From an uncultured Candidatus Peribacteria bacterium (GTDB taxonomy: Bacteria > Patescibacteriota > Gracilibacteria > GCA-2401425), in assembly GCA_964466055.1 (NCBI GenBank), contig CAYXLW010000003.1:371-64370 (forward strand): 64,000 nucleotides of DNA, written 5' to 3'. Position 1 is the stretch's first letter. Each line of letters starts with the position of its first letter. Of the stretch, positions 38,201 to 46,228 are shown piece by piece. The position numbers and the translations under genes are program-made. Below the pieces are notes generated by a model. That model did no database searches. It was not told the origin of the DNA and saw only the letters and a list, made by a program, of their open reading frames with translations.

Positions 38201-38523
38201 CTGACAATCAGCAGAAAGAGAAAATGAATCCTACAGATGAAAGAAATAAGTATATAAAAAAGGTGGGAACAGGAGAGCTTCAGAGGCATATAGAAAAAAA
38301 TAAAGACAAGTTTTTAACTTTATTAAAAAAATGGCAAGAAGTAGGAGCATTTGCTTCCATGGACGTTGCTAATAATGCTAAAGTTTTGGGAATAACAAAC
38401 TATAACATAGATGGAAGTAGTGTGCCTGAAAGTTTAAGGCTGGATTATAATAATATTATACAAATGCCAACTTCTAGGAGACCATCTGAATCTTATGATA
38501 ATAAACTCCCTTTAGCGGCATAA
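35206..38523 (+). CDS. large hypothetical protein (1105 aa; alternative start at ATG 35281, preceded by GGAGAGG)
   Basis: Uninterrupted 3.3-kb ORF. Charged, helix/coiled-coil-like composition with no TM segment and no motif I can name. Confidence 0.6.
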   Translation: MPFLSLLLWQFNKKKSFFSEERLIFMAGENLNDTPAQETPPASENPNQSLETQTQQMSEEKKDFNVLNNKWEFEMMPMTIEEFVSNQSADISQLHSLLTNINSNPEFKGQLVNFAGKNQEIENDIQKLNEAYRALGKEEIPEEVLRIQTVKLSNAETAKEYISNVAERSRIEFGKQLEKYAQDRRQKIITGVNSLRENYPELNNNSSFKTQFLTLLKSGSGLETELLGAINGFNVGATSYFRNIKDTFDNFKRNADVLDNQLKCLNEFMSTDDFIQALSDQTGIPVDELEVPLKAALGEEGFKAVKNGTPNVSDVMNALRFASEGNKEERKKEFEAYRNKSPEEKEKDIKNMQKARSDAEGDPKSMEEKITGAENLLKEIRESFLSEEDSILDKVDSDVRDKLSEMLTFYEDQLSYIKQGLENYNNCPEEDKLSKYGLSLKDMDGNLNMIKSELIKFIKEGLQSKDGKTTWEFRSPRSLWWSIKGWKELITEQMQRIDKKSKTGWDETIGNVAGKVTSGALKKAFQIGSQRAQTESEAIDREEREKWKEWDQKDPPYMINLLKNFNGNDVQYFRALLEELSRKGLLRWDDPVIWRNFERFCGIKMPKAAYDNVPLRNATLDQMVIETFGDQGWFKQHLNEATSNLIGKYGERQKEFDAIDGRKDSAKEMSEILRIQYNNNKEAFDEGYGQMKDNPYYFSTKDEDSIKYAGLWVKTMDSGSCTDTERFFLLLRGIATGILPMEYLAHIEVDKMFFNERWPILNWFRDGKKRSDYLMYDKMITGGQANWNSSNREEYFFKGHTPTIERFLHNEMIFNKGNIDRDSRVLERYEKVDKDFGVAPSTSENVYKKYMGANGRQLRQNAGMMNDLAFWSGRLNYFSDFNVNGEELSNKDKEQNRKVLFDNMGGFVLADAMAKSRFDGGQATRLGDTEYDKNTPGMTQAGLLVKEFSAIVKNFLTEFMMKTNFQTNYEGVTQNKETVIKLLFSNDLHKKEIQEALGSDNQQKEKMNPTDERNKYIKKVGTGELQRHIEKNKDKFLTLLKKWQEVGAFASMDVANNAKVLGITNYNIDGSSVPESLRLDYNNIIQMPTSRRPSESYDNKLPLAA

Positions 38524-38621
38524 AATTAAAAATAAATATTTTTTTATTATATAAACAATCCTTTGTCCCAATAAAAAAAACATGATAAATTGTACTGGAA
38601 TTTAAATTAATAATAATTTCT

Positions 38622-39488
38622 ATGTACAATAAATCTGGTGTTCAGCTTGCACAAATGTTGAAAAATGGAGTTATAATGGATGTTACAAATGCAGAAGAAG
38701 CAAAAATTGCAGAAAATGCAGGAGCTTGTGCTGTTATGGCACTTGAAAGAGTCCCATCTGACATAAGAAGAGATGGCGGAGTTGCTCGTATGAGTGATCC
38801 GAAAATGATAAAAGAAATTCAAAAAGCAGTTTCGATCCCTGTTATGGCAAAAGTAAGAATTGGACACGTGGTAGAAGCACAAATTCTGGAAGCTTTAGAA
38901 GTTGATTTCGTTGATGAATCGGAAGTTTTAACACCAGCAGATGATGAACTTCATATTGATAAAACAAAATTCAAAGTTCCTTTTGTATGTGGTTGTAGAA
39001 ATTTAGGAGAAGCATTAAGAAGAATTTCAGAGGGGGCTTCGATGATTAGGACAAAAGGAGAAGCGGGAACAGGAAATATTGTGGAAGCTGTTAGGCATCT
39101 AAAACAATTAAAAAAAGAGATAAAACAATTAAAAGGAATGGATCGAGCTGATTTAGTTCATTATGCAAAAACTCTAGGTGTATCTGTAGAATTATTAGAA
39201 GAAGTTCAAAAGAAAGAAAAATTACCAGTTGTTAATTTTGCTGCTGGTGGAGTTGCAACTCCAGCAGATGCGGCTCTTATGATGCATTTAGGAGCAGAAG
39301 GTGTATTTGTAGGATCAGGAATTTTTAAATCTAAAAATCCTAAAATTATGGCTAAAGCAATTGTAGAGGCTGTTGTTTATTATAAAGATCCTAAAAAACT
39401 TGCTGAAATTTCAGAGGGACTAGGAGAGGCTATGCCAGGATTGGAAATAAAGACTTTAGAAACGAAAATGGCAGAGAGGGGAGTATAG
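38622..39488 (+). CDS. pdxS: pyridoxal 5'-phosphate synthase lyase subunit PdxS
   Basis: [45 protein letters not shown] is nearly invariant PdxS sequence. Confidence 0.97.
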   Translation: MYNKSGVQLAQMLKNGVIMDVTNAEEAKIAENAGACAVMALERVPSDIRRDGGVARMSDPKMIKEIQKAVSIPVMAKVRIGHVVEAQILEALEVDFVDESEVLTPADDELHIDKTKFKVPFVCGCRNLGEALRRISEGASMIRTKGEAGTGNIVEAVRHLKQLKKEIKQLKGMDRADLVHYAKTLGVSVELLEEVQKKEKLPVVNFAAGGVATPADAALMMHLGAEGVFVGSGIFKSKNPKIMAKAIVEAVVYYKDPKKLAEISEGLGEAMPGLEIKTLETKMAERGV

Positions 39489-39568
39489 CAATTTCCAATG
39501 AGCAATGATGAATGAAAAATAAACATGGTTATGCTGGCTTGCCAAGCATCTTATTAAATATCGACTAT

Positions 39569-40165
39569 ATGAAGCATAACTCACAACTCACGACTGTCGG
39601 ACTACTAGCCTTTCAAGGAGATGTTGAAGAACATGAATCTGCTATTTTATCTTTGGGATATAAAACCAAGTGGATTCGTACAAAAGAAGAGCTAAAAGAT
39701 GTTACTCATTTAATTATTCCAGGAGGAGAAAGCACGACTGTTGGAAAATTTTTATATAAAACAGGAGTTGGTGAAGAAATTCAGAAAAGAGTGAAGAATA
39801 ATACTCTTCAAGTTTATGGCACTTGTGCAGGAGCGATTTTGCTTTCAAAAGAAGTTGAAACGAAAATTTCTGTTAATAATTTAAAACTTATTGATATAAA
39901 AATTTCTAGAAATGCTTATGGAGCACAAATTCATTCTTTTTCTACAAAGCTAGAGTTTATTCCGCAGAAAAAAATGTTTGAAGCTGTTTTTATAAGAGCT
40001 CCTAGAATTATTAGTTACGGAAAGAGTGTAAAAGTTCTTTGTAAATATAAGGATGAAGCTGTTGCTGTTGAGCAAGGAAATGTATTAGTTTCTACTTTTC
40101 ATCCTGAACTTATTCGCCCTGCTTTTATACATGAATATTTTTTGAATAAATCAGTTAAAAAATGA
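39569..40165 (+). CDS. pdxT: PLP synthase glutaminase subunit PdxT (the track ORF starts at 39512; Met at 39569 fits homolog N-termini)
   Basis: VGLLAFQGDVEEH, IIPGGESTT, GTCAG (catalytic Cys), TFHPE. Adjacent to pdxS. Confidence 0.9.
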   Translation: MKHNSQLTTVGLLAFQGDVEEHESAILSLGYKTKWIRTKEELKDVTHLIIPGGESTTVGKFLYKTGVGEEIQKRVKNNTLQVYGTCAGAILLSKEVETKISVNNLKLIDIKISRNAYGAQIHSFSTKLEFIPQKKMFEAVFIRAPRIISYGKSVKVLCKYKDEAVAVEQGNVLVSTFHPELIRPAFIHEYFLNKSVKK

Positions 40166-40443
40166 AGAAATCTTTCAAAGAAAAAGTTTATGAAGTAGTT
40201 GCAAAAATTCCCAAAGGGGAAGTTCTTTCTTATAAGCAAGTTGCTGTTTTAGCTGGTTCTAAAAATGCATCTAGGGCTGTTGGAAATATTATGAATAAGA
40301 ATCCTGATACTAAAATAGTTCCATGTCATAGAGTTATTAAAAGTGATGGTACTGTTGGTGGTTATGCCTATGGGGCTGAGGCTAAGATAAAAAAACTGAA
40401 AGAAGAAGGTTTGAAAATTGAGAATGGGAAAGTTATCGATTAA
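40162..40443 (+). CDS. MGMT-family DNA-binding domain protein (methylated-DNA-protein-cysteine methyltransferase C-terminal domain only)
   Basis: VPCHRVI active-site motif and YKQVA..AG...ARAVG helix-turn-helix pattern. 93 aa. ATGA overlap with the pdxT stop. Confidence 0.8.
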   Translation: MKKSFKEKVYEVVAKIPKGEVLSYKQVAVLAGSKNASRAVGNIMNKNPDTKIVPCHRVIKSDGTVGGYAYGAEAKIKKLKEEGLKIENGKVID

Positions 40444-40454
40444 ACACGGAGAGA

Positions 40455-40535
40455 AGAGGTTTAACCTTAAATGCGAAATAAAAATAAATACAATCTTCTT
40501 TTACAAAGAGAATTTACATACAAGGTTAAACCTCT
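40455..40535 (+). mobile_element. MITE-like element, copy C
   Basis: Same TIRs (AGAGGTTTAACCTT...AAGGTTAAACCTCT). Sits between two convergent genes. Confidence 0.8.
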
Positions 40536-40544
40536 GATTTGATT

Positions 40545-41066
40545 TTAAATTTCATATAGATAAATAGAGGCTTGTTTTTCCAGTATGTCTTTTTTAACTG
40601 GATTAAGCCCTTCTATTTTGAATGTATATGAAATAATTCGTGTACCCTTTTTTACTTCTTTTAATATCTTTTCTTTAAGTTTGTTTTCAAGAACTTTTGG
40701 CATCCCAAAAACATAAATTACATCTGCTTTTGATAAGTCTTGTTTAAATATATTTCTTAGTTTGAATTTAAGGTTTTTTTCTTTAAAAAATAGGTTTATA
40801 AGTTTTGAGTATATTAAAAGTGGAAATGATAATTCAAATCCATGTACTTTTACGTCTGGATTATTTTTTGCGATATAATAAGAAACCTTTCCATTTCCTG
40901 ATCCTAATTCATAGAATATTTCACCCTTTTTTAAATTTGCTATTTTGTTTATTCGTTCTAAGTCTTTTTTTCTTGTTGGTACCCATGGGGCAAGGGAAAA
41001 TCCTGTGATAGCAATGGGTGTTAGTATTAGGATGACGGTGAAAATGGTTACATTAAAAAGTGTCAT
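40545..41066 (-). CDS. class I SAM-dependent methyltransferase with N-terminal TM helix
   Basis: FYELGSGNGKVSYYIA is a motif I (ExGxGxG) pattern, with an acidic residue after beta-2 (HGFELS). Confidence 0.65.
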   Translation of the reverse strand: MTLFNVTIFTVILILTPIAITGFSLAPWVPTRKKDLERINKIANLKKGEIFYELGSGNGKVSYYIAKNNPDVKVHGFELSFPLLIYSKLINLFFKEKNLKFKLRNIFKQDLSKADVIYVFGMPKVLENKLKEKILKEVKKGTRIISYTFKIEGLNPVKKDILEKQASIYLYEI

Positions 41067-41130
41067 TTATTAACTTTAAGATTCGTTTATATACTACTTT
41101 ATTATTTTTGTTTGTGTAAATGATTATGCT

Positions 41131-41152
41131 ATTCCTGACCTGTTCAGGAATC
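41131..41152. repeat. REP-like hairpin element ATTCCTGA-CCTGT-TCAGGAATC
   Basis: Same ATTCC...GGAAT architecture as the other copies, with different but complementary inner stem bases. Confidence 0.7.
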
Positions 41153-41169
41153 CAAAGTATATGAAAAAT

Positions 41170-41196
41170 AGATTCCTGCATGCGCAGGAATGGCAC
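41170..41196. repeat. REP-like hairpin element AGATTCCTGC-ATGC-GCAGGAATGGCAC
   Basis: Same flanks (AGATTCC / GGAATG.C) and again a covarying stem. Confidence 0.7.
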
Positions 41197-41211
41197 GTAA
41201 AAAATCACAAA

Positions 41212-41240
41212 ATGGAGCAACTCTCTGAGAGTTGCTCCAT
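41212..41240. repeat. perfect 29-bp palindrome ATGGAGCAACTCTC-T-GAGAGTTGCTCCAT
   Basis: 14-bp arms verified base by base. An 11-nt half-site (AGAGTTGCTCC) recurs at 637..647. Confidence 0.85.
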
Positions 41241-41297
41241 CAAATATTTAGTGCAACGTTCCGAAGGAAAATTTCAGAGTTTTGGGAGCCGCCGATA

Positions 41298-41810
41298 TTA
41301 TTTAGAGAATTTTTGCGTTACGATCCCTTGTATCTTTCCAGTAATTATGGTAAATGCTTCTGGCTCATTTGGACCATTTAATCCACTACAATAGTTAATC
41401 TCTTTTTCTTGTATTTTGAGAACGTGTGGATAGCATCTTGCACTCTGTTCATGACCATAATAAGTTTCTAACTGCATTATTTTTGTTTCTTCTATTAGAT
41501 TTTTCAAATCAGCTATTTCTTGGCTTGTCAACTGTGCTTCTTCAGTTATTAAATCGTCTTGTGTCCAACAGGGCGACTGTTGAATCCATTGAGCACATCT
41601 ATCTTTTATTTTTTCGTAATCGGCATGGGTGAAAACTATTTTTGAATTTTCTATTTGTGCATTATAAGAACTTCCTTCAGTTGTATAATAGTAGCTTATA
41701 GAAAGTGGTGTTTGATTTGAAGATTGTTGGACACACTCCACAACAAAAATAATGCCTATAATCAATAATGCAAAAATTCCATAGTAGATGTATTTGTTTT
41801 TTGTCATCAT
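41298..41810 (-). CDS. hypothetical membrane-anchored or secreted protein (170 aa)
   Basis: N-terminal hydrophobic helix (YYGIFALLIIGIIFVV). No other motif. Confidence 0.5.
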   Translation of the reverse strand: MMTKNKYIYYGIFALLIIGIIFVVECVQQSSNQTPLSISYYYTTEGSSYNAQIENSKIVFTHADYEKIKDRCAQWIQQSPCWTQDDLITEEAQLTSQEIADLKNLIEETKIMQLETYYGHEQSARCYPHVLKIQEKEINYCSGLNGPNEPEAFTIITGKIQGIVTQKFSK

Positions 41811-41921
41811 AATTATTGTAAAATTAGCAAGTTAATAAAGATTTTGTTCGAGAGGCGGGATCCCAAATTGAATATAACTAGTTATTATACGAATTATTTT
41901 TCTAGTTTAGAGCCTTAATAT

Positions 41922-42932
41922 TTACTTACTCTTTTCCATCACTTTCTTCCTCAACTCCTCCATAATCTTAGGATTCTCCTTCAAAAAATCTTTAGCATTC
42001 TCTCTCCCTTGCCCTAACTTCTTCTCACCATAAGAATAAAAAGCTCCAGCCTTTTTAACAATTTCAACCTTTACAGCATTATCCAAAACATCACCAGAAA
42101 GAGAAACCCCTTCATTGTACATAATATCAAACTCTGCTTCACGGAAAGGCGGTGCGACTTTATTCTTAACAACTTTCACATGAGTTAAATTCCCATAAAT
42201 TTCTTTGTCTTCGCCTGATCCTTGCTCAATTTTTGCCTTTCTTCGAATATCAAGTCTTACTGAAGCATAAAACTTTAAAGCATGTCCTCCTGTTGTAGTT
42301 TCAGGATTTCCGAACATGACACCAATTTTCATTCTAATCTGATTGATAAAAATAACTGTACACTTTGTTTTATTGATAATTGAAGTAAGTTTTCGAAGTG
42401 CTTGGCTCATAAGCCGAGCTTGAAGTCCCATATGAGAATCTCCCATCATGCCTTCAATTTCTGCTTTTGGCGTAAGAGCAGCAACTGAATCTATAACAAT
42501 AGTATCAACTCCTCCAGACCTTACTAAAGTTTCAACAATTTCCAGTGCTTGTTCGCCACTATCTGGTTGTGATACATATAAATTATCAACATCAACTCCT
42601 ATTTTTTTAGCATAAGCAGGATCTAAAGCATTTTCAGCATCTATAAATGCTGCAACTCCACCTTGTTTTTGAATTTCTGCAATTGCATGAAGTGCAAGGG
42701 TTGTTTTACCTGAAGACTCTGGTCCATAAATTTCAATAACACGTCCCTTTGGGTATCCTCCTCCTAATGCTAAATCGAGGGAAATTGATCCAGAAGAAAA
42801 ACGTTCAACATTCATTGTGGTATTCGAGTCCATTTTCATTATGGAACCTGTTCCAAAGTTTTTTTCAATTTGAGAAATTGCGGCTTGTACGGCTGCTAAT
42901 TTTGGATTCATTTTAGGATCTGGCGTTGTCAT
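41922..42932 (-). CDS. recA: recombinase RecA
   Basis: [13 protein letters not shown] (Walker A), [31 protein letters not shown]. Confidence 0.98.
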   Translation of the reverse strand: MTTPDPKMNPKLAAVQAAISQIEKNFGTGSIMKMDSNTTMNVERFSSGSISLDLALGGGYPKGRVIEIYGPESSGKTTLALHAIAEIQKQGGVAAFIDAENALDPAYAKKIGVDVDNLYVSQPDSGEQALEIVETLVRSGGVDTIVIDSVAALTPKAEIEGMMGDSHMGLQARLMSQALRKLTSIINKTKCTVIFINQIRMKIGVMFGNPETTTGGHALKFYASVRLDIRRKAKIEQGSGEDKEIYGNLTHVKVVKNKVAPPFREAEFDIMYNEGVSLSGDVLDNAVKVEIVKKAGAFYSYGEKKLGQGRENAKDFLKENPKIMEELRKKVMEKSK

Positions 42933-42986
42933 GGTTTTGTGTAGTTAATATATAATGATAAATAATTTAATTTTAAAAGTACCTTA

Positions 42987-43649
42987 TTAAAGATTTTTTG
43001 CGGCTTTTAATACGTTAATTACTTTTCCATTTATAAAGAAAGAATCACTCGCATCAATATAAATTGGTCTGTGTATAGGATTCATCGAATCTGGGAGCAA
43101 TATAATTTCACCGAATGTTGTTTGTTTAAATCTTTTAATAGTTGCGCATCCATCTACAATAGCAAGAACTATATCGTTATTAAGTGGCGATTGAATACTT
43201 TTATCTACAACAACATAATCTCCATCTTCAATGTATTTTCCATCGATACGAGCTTTATTCATAGAGTCTCCTTCAACTTCTAAAGCAAAAATATTTTGAA
43301 TACTTCTTAATAATTTTTTAGAAATCTTTAAAAATCCTCTAACATTTTCTTCTGCAAAAACTGAAGGTGATCCAGCATTTGTAGTTCCTATAATAGGAAT
43401 GTCAATACAGCTTTCAGTGTTTTGTGCATTTGTAAGTTTAATACTTCTTTCTTCTGAGCTTCTTGAAATGTATCCTTTTTGTTCAAGTGATTCTAAATAT
43501 TGAACTACACTTCTTTTGCTTTTGGCGTTTATACTTCGCTCAATTAACAAGTTTTGTAGTTCTCCAAGAGTTGGAGAATAATTGTGTTTTTGTATAAAGT
43601 TTTTAAGAATCTGTAAAACTTTTTCTTGGTTTTTTGTAATAATTTCCAT
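42987..43649 (-). CDS. lexA: LexA-family repressor (S24 peptidase)
   Basis: N-terminal winged-helix (PTLGELQ), VEGDSMNKARI (catalytic Ser) and GKVINVLK (Lys region). Adjacent to recA. Confidence 0.85.
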   Translation of the reverse strand: MEIITKNQEKVLQILKNFIQKHNYSPTLGELQNLLIERSINAKSKRSVVQYLESLEQKGYISRSSEERSIKLTNAQNTESCIDIPIIGTTNAGSPSVFAEENVRGFLKISKKLLRSIQNIFALEVEGDSMNKARIDGKYIEDGDYVVVDKSIQSPLNNDIVLAIVDGCATIKRFKQTTFGEIILLPDSMNPIHRPIYIDASDSFFINGKVINVLKAAKNL

Positions 43650-43672
43650 GTATATATATTATGTGTGTATAA

Positions 43673-43701
43673 AATATATACAGTATATACATAAAGGTCA
43701 A
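43673..43701 (-). promoter_or_regulatory. putative lexA promoter TTGACC-N17-TATATT, embedded in GTATATA repeats
   Basis: Hexamers read on the minus strand. The spacer and -10 region reads TGTATATACTGTATATATTTTATACA. Confidence 0.4.
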
Positions 43702-43858
43702 TAAATTCTATCTTGAAAATTTATATAAATTATTTTCTTATATTAATATTCCATCGTTTTAGTTCTAAAAATCGTTGCCAGAACAAAAAGATATAAATTC
43801 TATTTGATATTTAAAAGTAATTTGATATCCTTTTTAGTGTAATTTAAAGCTCATTCAC

Positions 43859-44464
43859 GTGCTTGTTCAACAATTTAAACGGCTTCATCTTCATGAAAAA
43901 GTTCTTGTTATTGGACTGATCCTAAGCTTTCTTTTTACTTTTTTAGATTGGTTTTTTCAAGTAAACATCACTCCAGTTGCTAATGAATTAGGAAAATATG
44001 AAGATATAAAAACATTTAATGCGTATGAAGGAATAATAGCCGTTATAGGTTATTTTTATTCTATTCTTACTTTATCTGCGCTTGTAGCCTTTATACTTTC
44101 TTTAAAAGAAAAAATGGTTAGTAAATTTATAGAGAAAAGACATTGGTTATTTTTATTTTTAACAGGAGAGTCTTTATTTTTATTAGTTCTTGCATTTTTA
44201 ATATATACATCATATTCAATGCAATATTCACGTGCAGGAGTAAGACATGGGCTTATATTATTAATTATTACTAATATTGTTACATTATTTGCTTCTCATT
44301 ATTATTTTATACAAAGGAACAGAATCAAGTTAAAAAGTGCTTTTGAATCCCAGTTAGGCAAAGACAATATTAATATTGATTTTGATGAAGTTACGAATAA
44401 AAAGAACAAACAAGATGATACCTTAGATCAAATGACATTAGCTGATTATAATGAAGAGAAATAA
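43859..44464 (+). CDS. hypothetical polytopic membrane protein (GTG start per track)
   Basis: Four hydrophobic segments. Divergent from lexA. Confidence 0.5.
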   Translation: MLVQQFKRLHLHEKVLVIGLILSFLFTFLDWFFQVNITPVANELGKYEDIKTFNAYEGIIAVIGYFYSILTLSALVAFILSLKEKMVSKFIEKRHWLFLFLTGESLFLLVLAFLIYTSYSMQYSRAGVRHGLILLIITNIVTLFASHYYFIQRNRIKLKSAFESQLGKDNINIDFDEVTNKKNKQDDTLDQMTLADYNEEK

Positions 44465-44482
44465 TATTTATTATAAAAAATT

Positions 44483-44743
44483 ATGAGTAAAACAAAGACT
44501 AACTCTGAGGATAAAATACAACTAAGTGACAATATAGACTTTGTTGCTCTTGCTTTATCTAACAAATTAGAAACAAGTGAGGATATTTTGCCAATATGTT
44601 TTTATTGTAAAAAATGTGAAAAAATGGTTACAGATGTTGAAAAGAAAAAAAATAAATTAGTGTTTACCTGCAAAGAATGTAAAAGTAATGATATTGCGAT
44701 TGGAACACAAACAACTTTAGAAAATTTTTATCATGTAAATTAA
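44483..44743 (+). CDS. hypothetical zinc-ribbon protein (86 aa)
   Basis: CFYCKKC ... CKECKS (CxxC-N17-CxxC). Confidence 0.5.
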   Translation: MSKTKTNSEDKIQLSDNIDFVALALSNKLETSEDILPICFYCKKCEKMVTDVEKKKNKLVFTCKECKSNDIAIGTQTTLENFYHVN

Positions 44744-44751
44744 TAAATATT

Positions 44752-45285
44752 ATGATTATACGAGCACTTGAAGGTGTTGGAGTTGAAATTGAATCAGAAA
44801 AACAATTACTAGTTTTAGAGGCAAGTAAAGATTATGGAAATGTAAAAGTTATAACTACTTCTAAAGAAAATAAAATTACAAAATCTTCAGGACGTATTTT
44901 TTCTTGGCCAGGTGAATATGAAGTAGGGAGTTGGTCTTTTAAAGGTATTGAAGCGGATAATAACTCAGTTATATTTGCTGTTAATATTGAGGGAATGTAT
45001 GTTGTGCATTTAGGGAGTGCTAAAGAGATTAAGCCAGAAGCACTTGATGCTATTGATAATATTGATGTTTTAGTGCTTCCATTGTCTGAGAATTATTTAT
45101 CTCCAAAAGAGGCTAAAGAATTGCTTAGTAAAATTGAGCCAAGAATAATTATTCCAGTAGGGGATATGGTTGATAGTTTTTTGGAATTAATAGAGGATAA
45201 ATCTGGATCACAAGCTGTTCCTAAGGCAACTATAACAAAATTATCTCTTCCTGTAGATAAAACAGAAATTATAAGGTTGGTATAA
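44752..45285 (+). CDS. hypothetical protein (177 aa), faint resemblance to metallo-beta-lactamase-fold proteins but without the His motif
   Basis: ORF in an operon-like string with 43859 and 44483. The fold assignment is weak. Confidence 0.45.
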   Translation: MIIRALEGVGVEIESEKQLLVLEASKDYGNVKVITTSKENKITKSSGRIFSWPGEYEVGSWSFKGIEADNNSVIFAVNIEGMYVVHLGSAKEIKPEALDAIDNIDVLVLPLSENYLSPKEAKELLSKIEPRIIIPVGDMVDSFLELIEDKSGSQAVPKATITKLSLPVDKTEIIRLV

Positions 45286-45332
45286 TTTTTTTAATTCATT
45301 TGTGTTAATAAACGATGAGATAAGATGTAAAA

Positions 45333-45406
45333 GTTCTCATAGTTCAATGGTAGAACAGCCCTCTCCTAAGGGGCAGATACAGGTTCAATCCCTGTTGGGG
45401 ACACCA
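45333..45406 (+). tRNA. tRNA-Arg (anticodon CCU), CCA encoded
   Basis: Manual cloverleaf: acceptor GTTCTCA/TGGGGAC (two G-U pairs), D arm GTTC-AATGGTA-GAAC, anticodon arm GCCCT-CTCCTAA-GGGGC, T arm ACAGG-TTCAATC-CCTGT, then ACCA. Confidence 0.75.
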
Positions 45407-45472
45407 AAAGATTACAGAAAACAAAAAATCCCCCTTATAAAAGGAGGATTCTTTTTTGTATTTATTTTTTTA

Positions 45473-46117
45473 CTAATCTCTTTCTAGTGAAAAGTTTTTT
45501 CTCATTCCTCTAATTTTTCTTTCTCCTATATTTTTATTTATTCCTAGCTCATCAAAGGTTTTCTTTGCTTCTTCATGATTTCCTTCAAGCATAAGTTTGT
45601 GTGCTTCAGAAAATTTTTCAAAGTTTTGCTCATTGATAATTTTTAGGATTTTAGGCTTTCTATCATTTTCACTCATAATTGAAACCCAAGATGCATAATC
45701 GTTGTTTTCAAAAGCTTTTTGCATGGCTTCATGTCTTTCTGGTGAAAAGTTTTTTCTCATTCCTCTAATTTTTCTTTCTCCTATATTTTTATTTATTCCT
45801 AGCTCATCAAATATTTTTTTTGCTTCTTTATGATTTCCTTCAAGCATAAATTTATGTGCTTCAGAAAAATTTTTGAAATTTTGTTCATTGATAAGTCCTA
45901 AAATTTTAGAATTCTTATCATTTTTACTCATAAGCTCAACCCAAGATGCATAATCGTTGTTTTCAAAAGCTTTTTGCATAGCTTCATGTCTTTCAGATGA
46001 ATAATTATTTCCTCTTTGATTTAAATTTCCTCTATAGGCTAAAGCCGATGGTATTGATACTATAATGGCTATAGTAAAGATTAATGCCCCTATAATTATA
46101 TGGTTTTGTTTTTTCAT
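45473..46117 (-). CDS. secreted protein built from two 85-aa tandem repeats
   Basis: Signal/TM is IIIGALIFTIAIIVSIPSALA. This is followed by two near-identical units (ERHEAMQKAFENNDYASWV...GINKNIGERKIRGMRKNF). Confidence 0.6.
   Translation of the reverse strand: MKKQNHIIIGALIFTIAIIVSIPSALAYRGNLNQRGNNYSSERHEAMQKAFENNDYASWVELMSKNDKNSKILGLINEQNFKNFSEAHKFMLEGNHKEAKKIFDELGINKNIGERKIRGMRKNFSPERHEAMQKAFENNDYASWVSIMSENDRKPKILKIINEQNFEKFSEAHKLMLEGNHEEAKKTFDELGINKNIGERKIRGMRKNFSLERD
45487..45996. repeat. 255-bp tandem duplication (2 units) inside the CDS
   Basis: The unit start GTGAAAAGTTTTTTCTCATTCCTC recurs at 45487 and 45742. Identity is high over the full unit. Confidence 0.85.
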
Positions 46118-46228
46118 AATTTTTTAGTTAATGATTAATAATTTTTTTGTGATCACATCAACTAATACGCAAGTAAAAATTTTTTCTTTCATTTCTTTTA
46201 ATAAAAAGATTCTGAACTCTCTATAAAA

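Noticed and set aside
38607-38882. Antisense ORFs inside strongly conserved genes (this one within pdxS; also 1082..1372, 2728..2987, 5180..5511, 7945..8133, 22936..23490, 30345..30746, 51973..52263, 53082..53339, 60536..61859 and others)
   Set aside because: Each lies opposite a gene with unmistakable homology-type motifs and has low-complexity, Ser/Leu/Phe/Ile-rich translations typical of antisense frames in AT-rich DNA.
9812-40535. Whether the three 80-bp repeats or other repeats form a CRISPR array
   Set aside because: The copies are tens of kb apart and each is itself an inverted-repeat element. There is no regular repeat-spacer periodicity and no cas genes.
41161-41394. 77-aa plus-strand ORF
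   Set aside because: It is built almost entirely from the REP-like hairpins and the 29-bp palindrome, and it overlaps the end of the minus-strand gene. It is a typical repeat-derived spurious ORF.
42933-42986. SOS box shared between the recA and lexA upstream regions
   Set aside because: Neither a CTGT-N8-ACAG nor a GAAC-N4-GTTC type box is present upstream of recA. The GTATATA repeats seen at lexA have no clear counterpart there.
45333-45406. Idea that the tRNA with anticodon CCU is a reassigned Gly-type tRNA, because its D arm (TAGTTCAATGGTAGAAC) and 4-nt variable loop look Gly-like
   Set aside because: The resemblance is from memory only. The anticodon loop reads unambiguously CT-CCT-AA and the discriminator is A. 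There is no independent evidence for recoding.
45302-45487. 61-aa ORF from the track
   Set aside because: It fully overlaps the tRNA-Arg gene, so it is spurious. The same applies to ORF 49680..49898, which overlaps tRNA-Leu.
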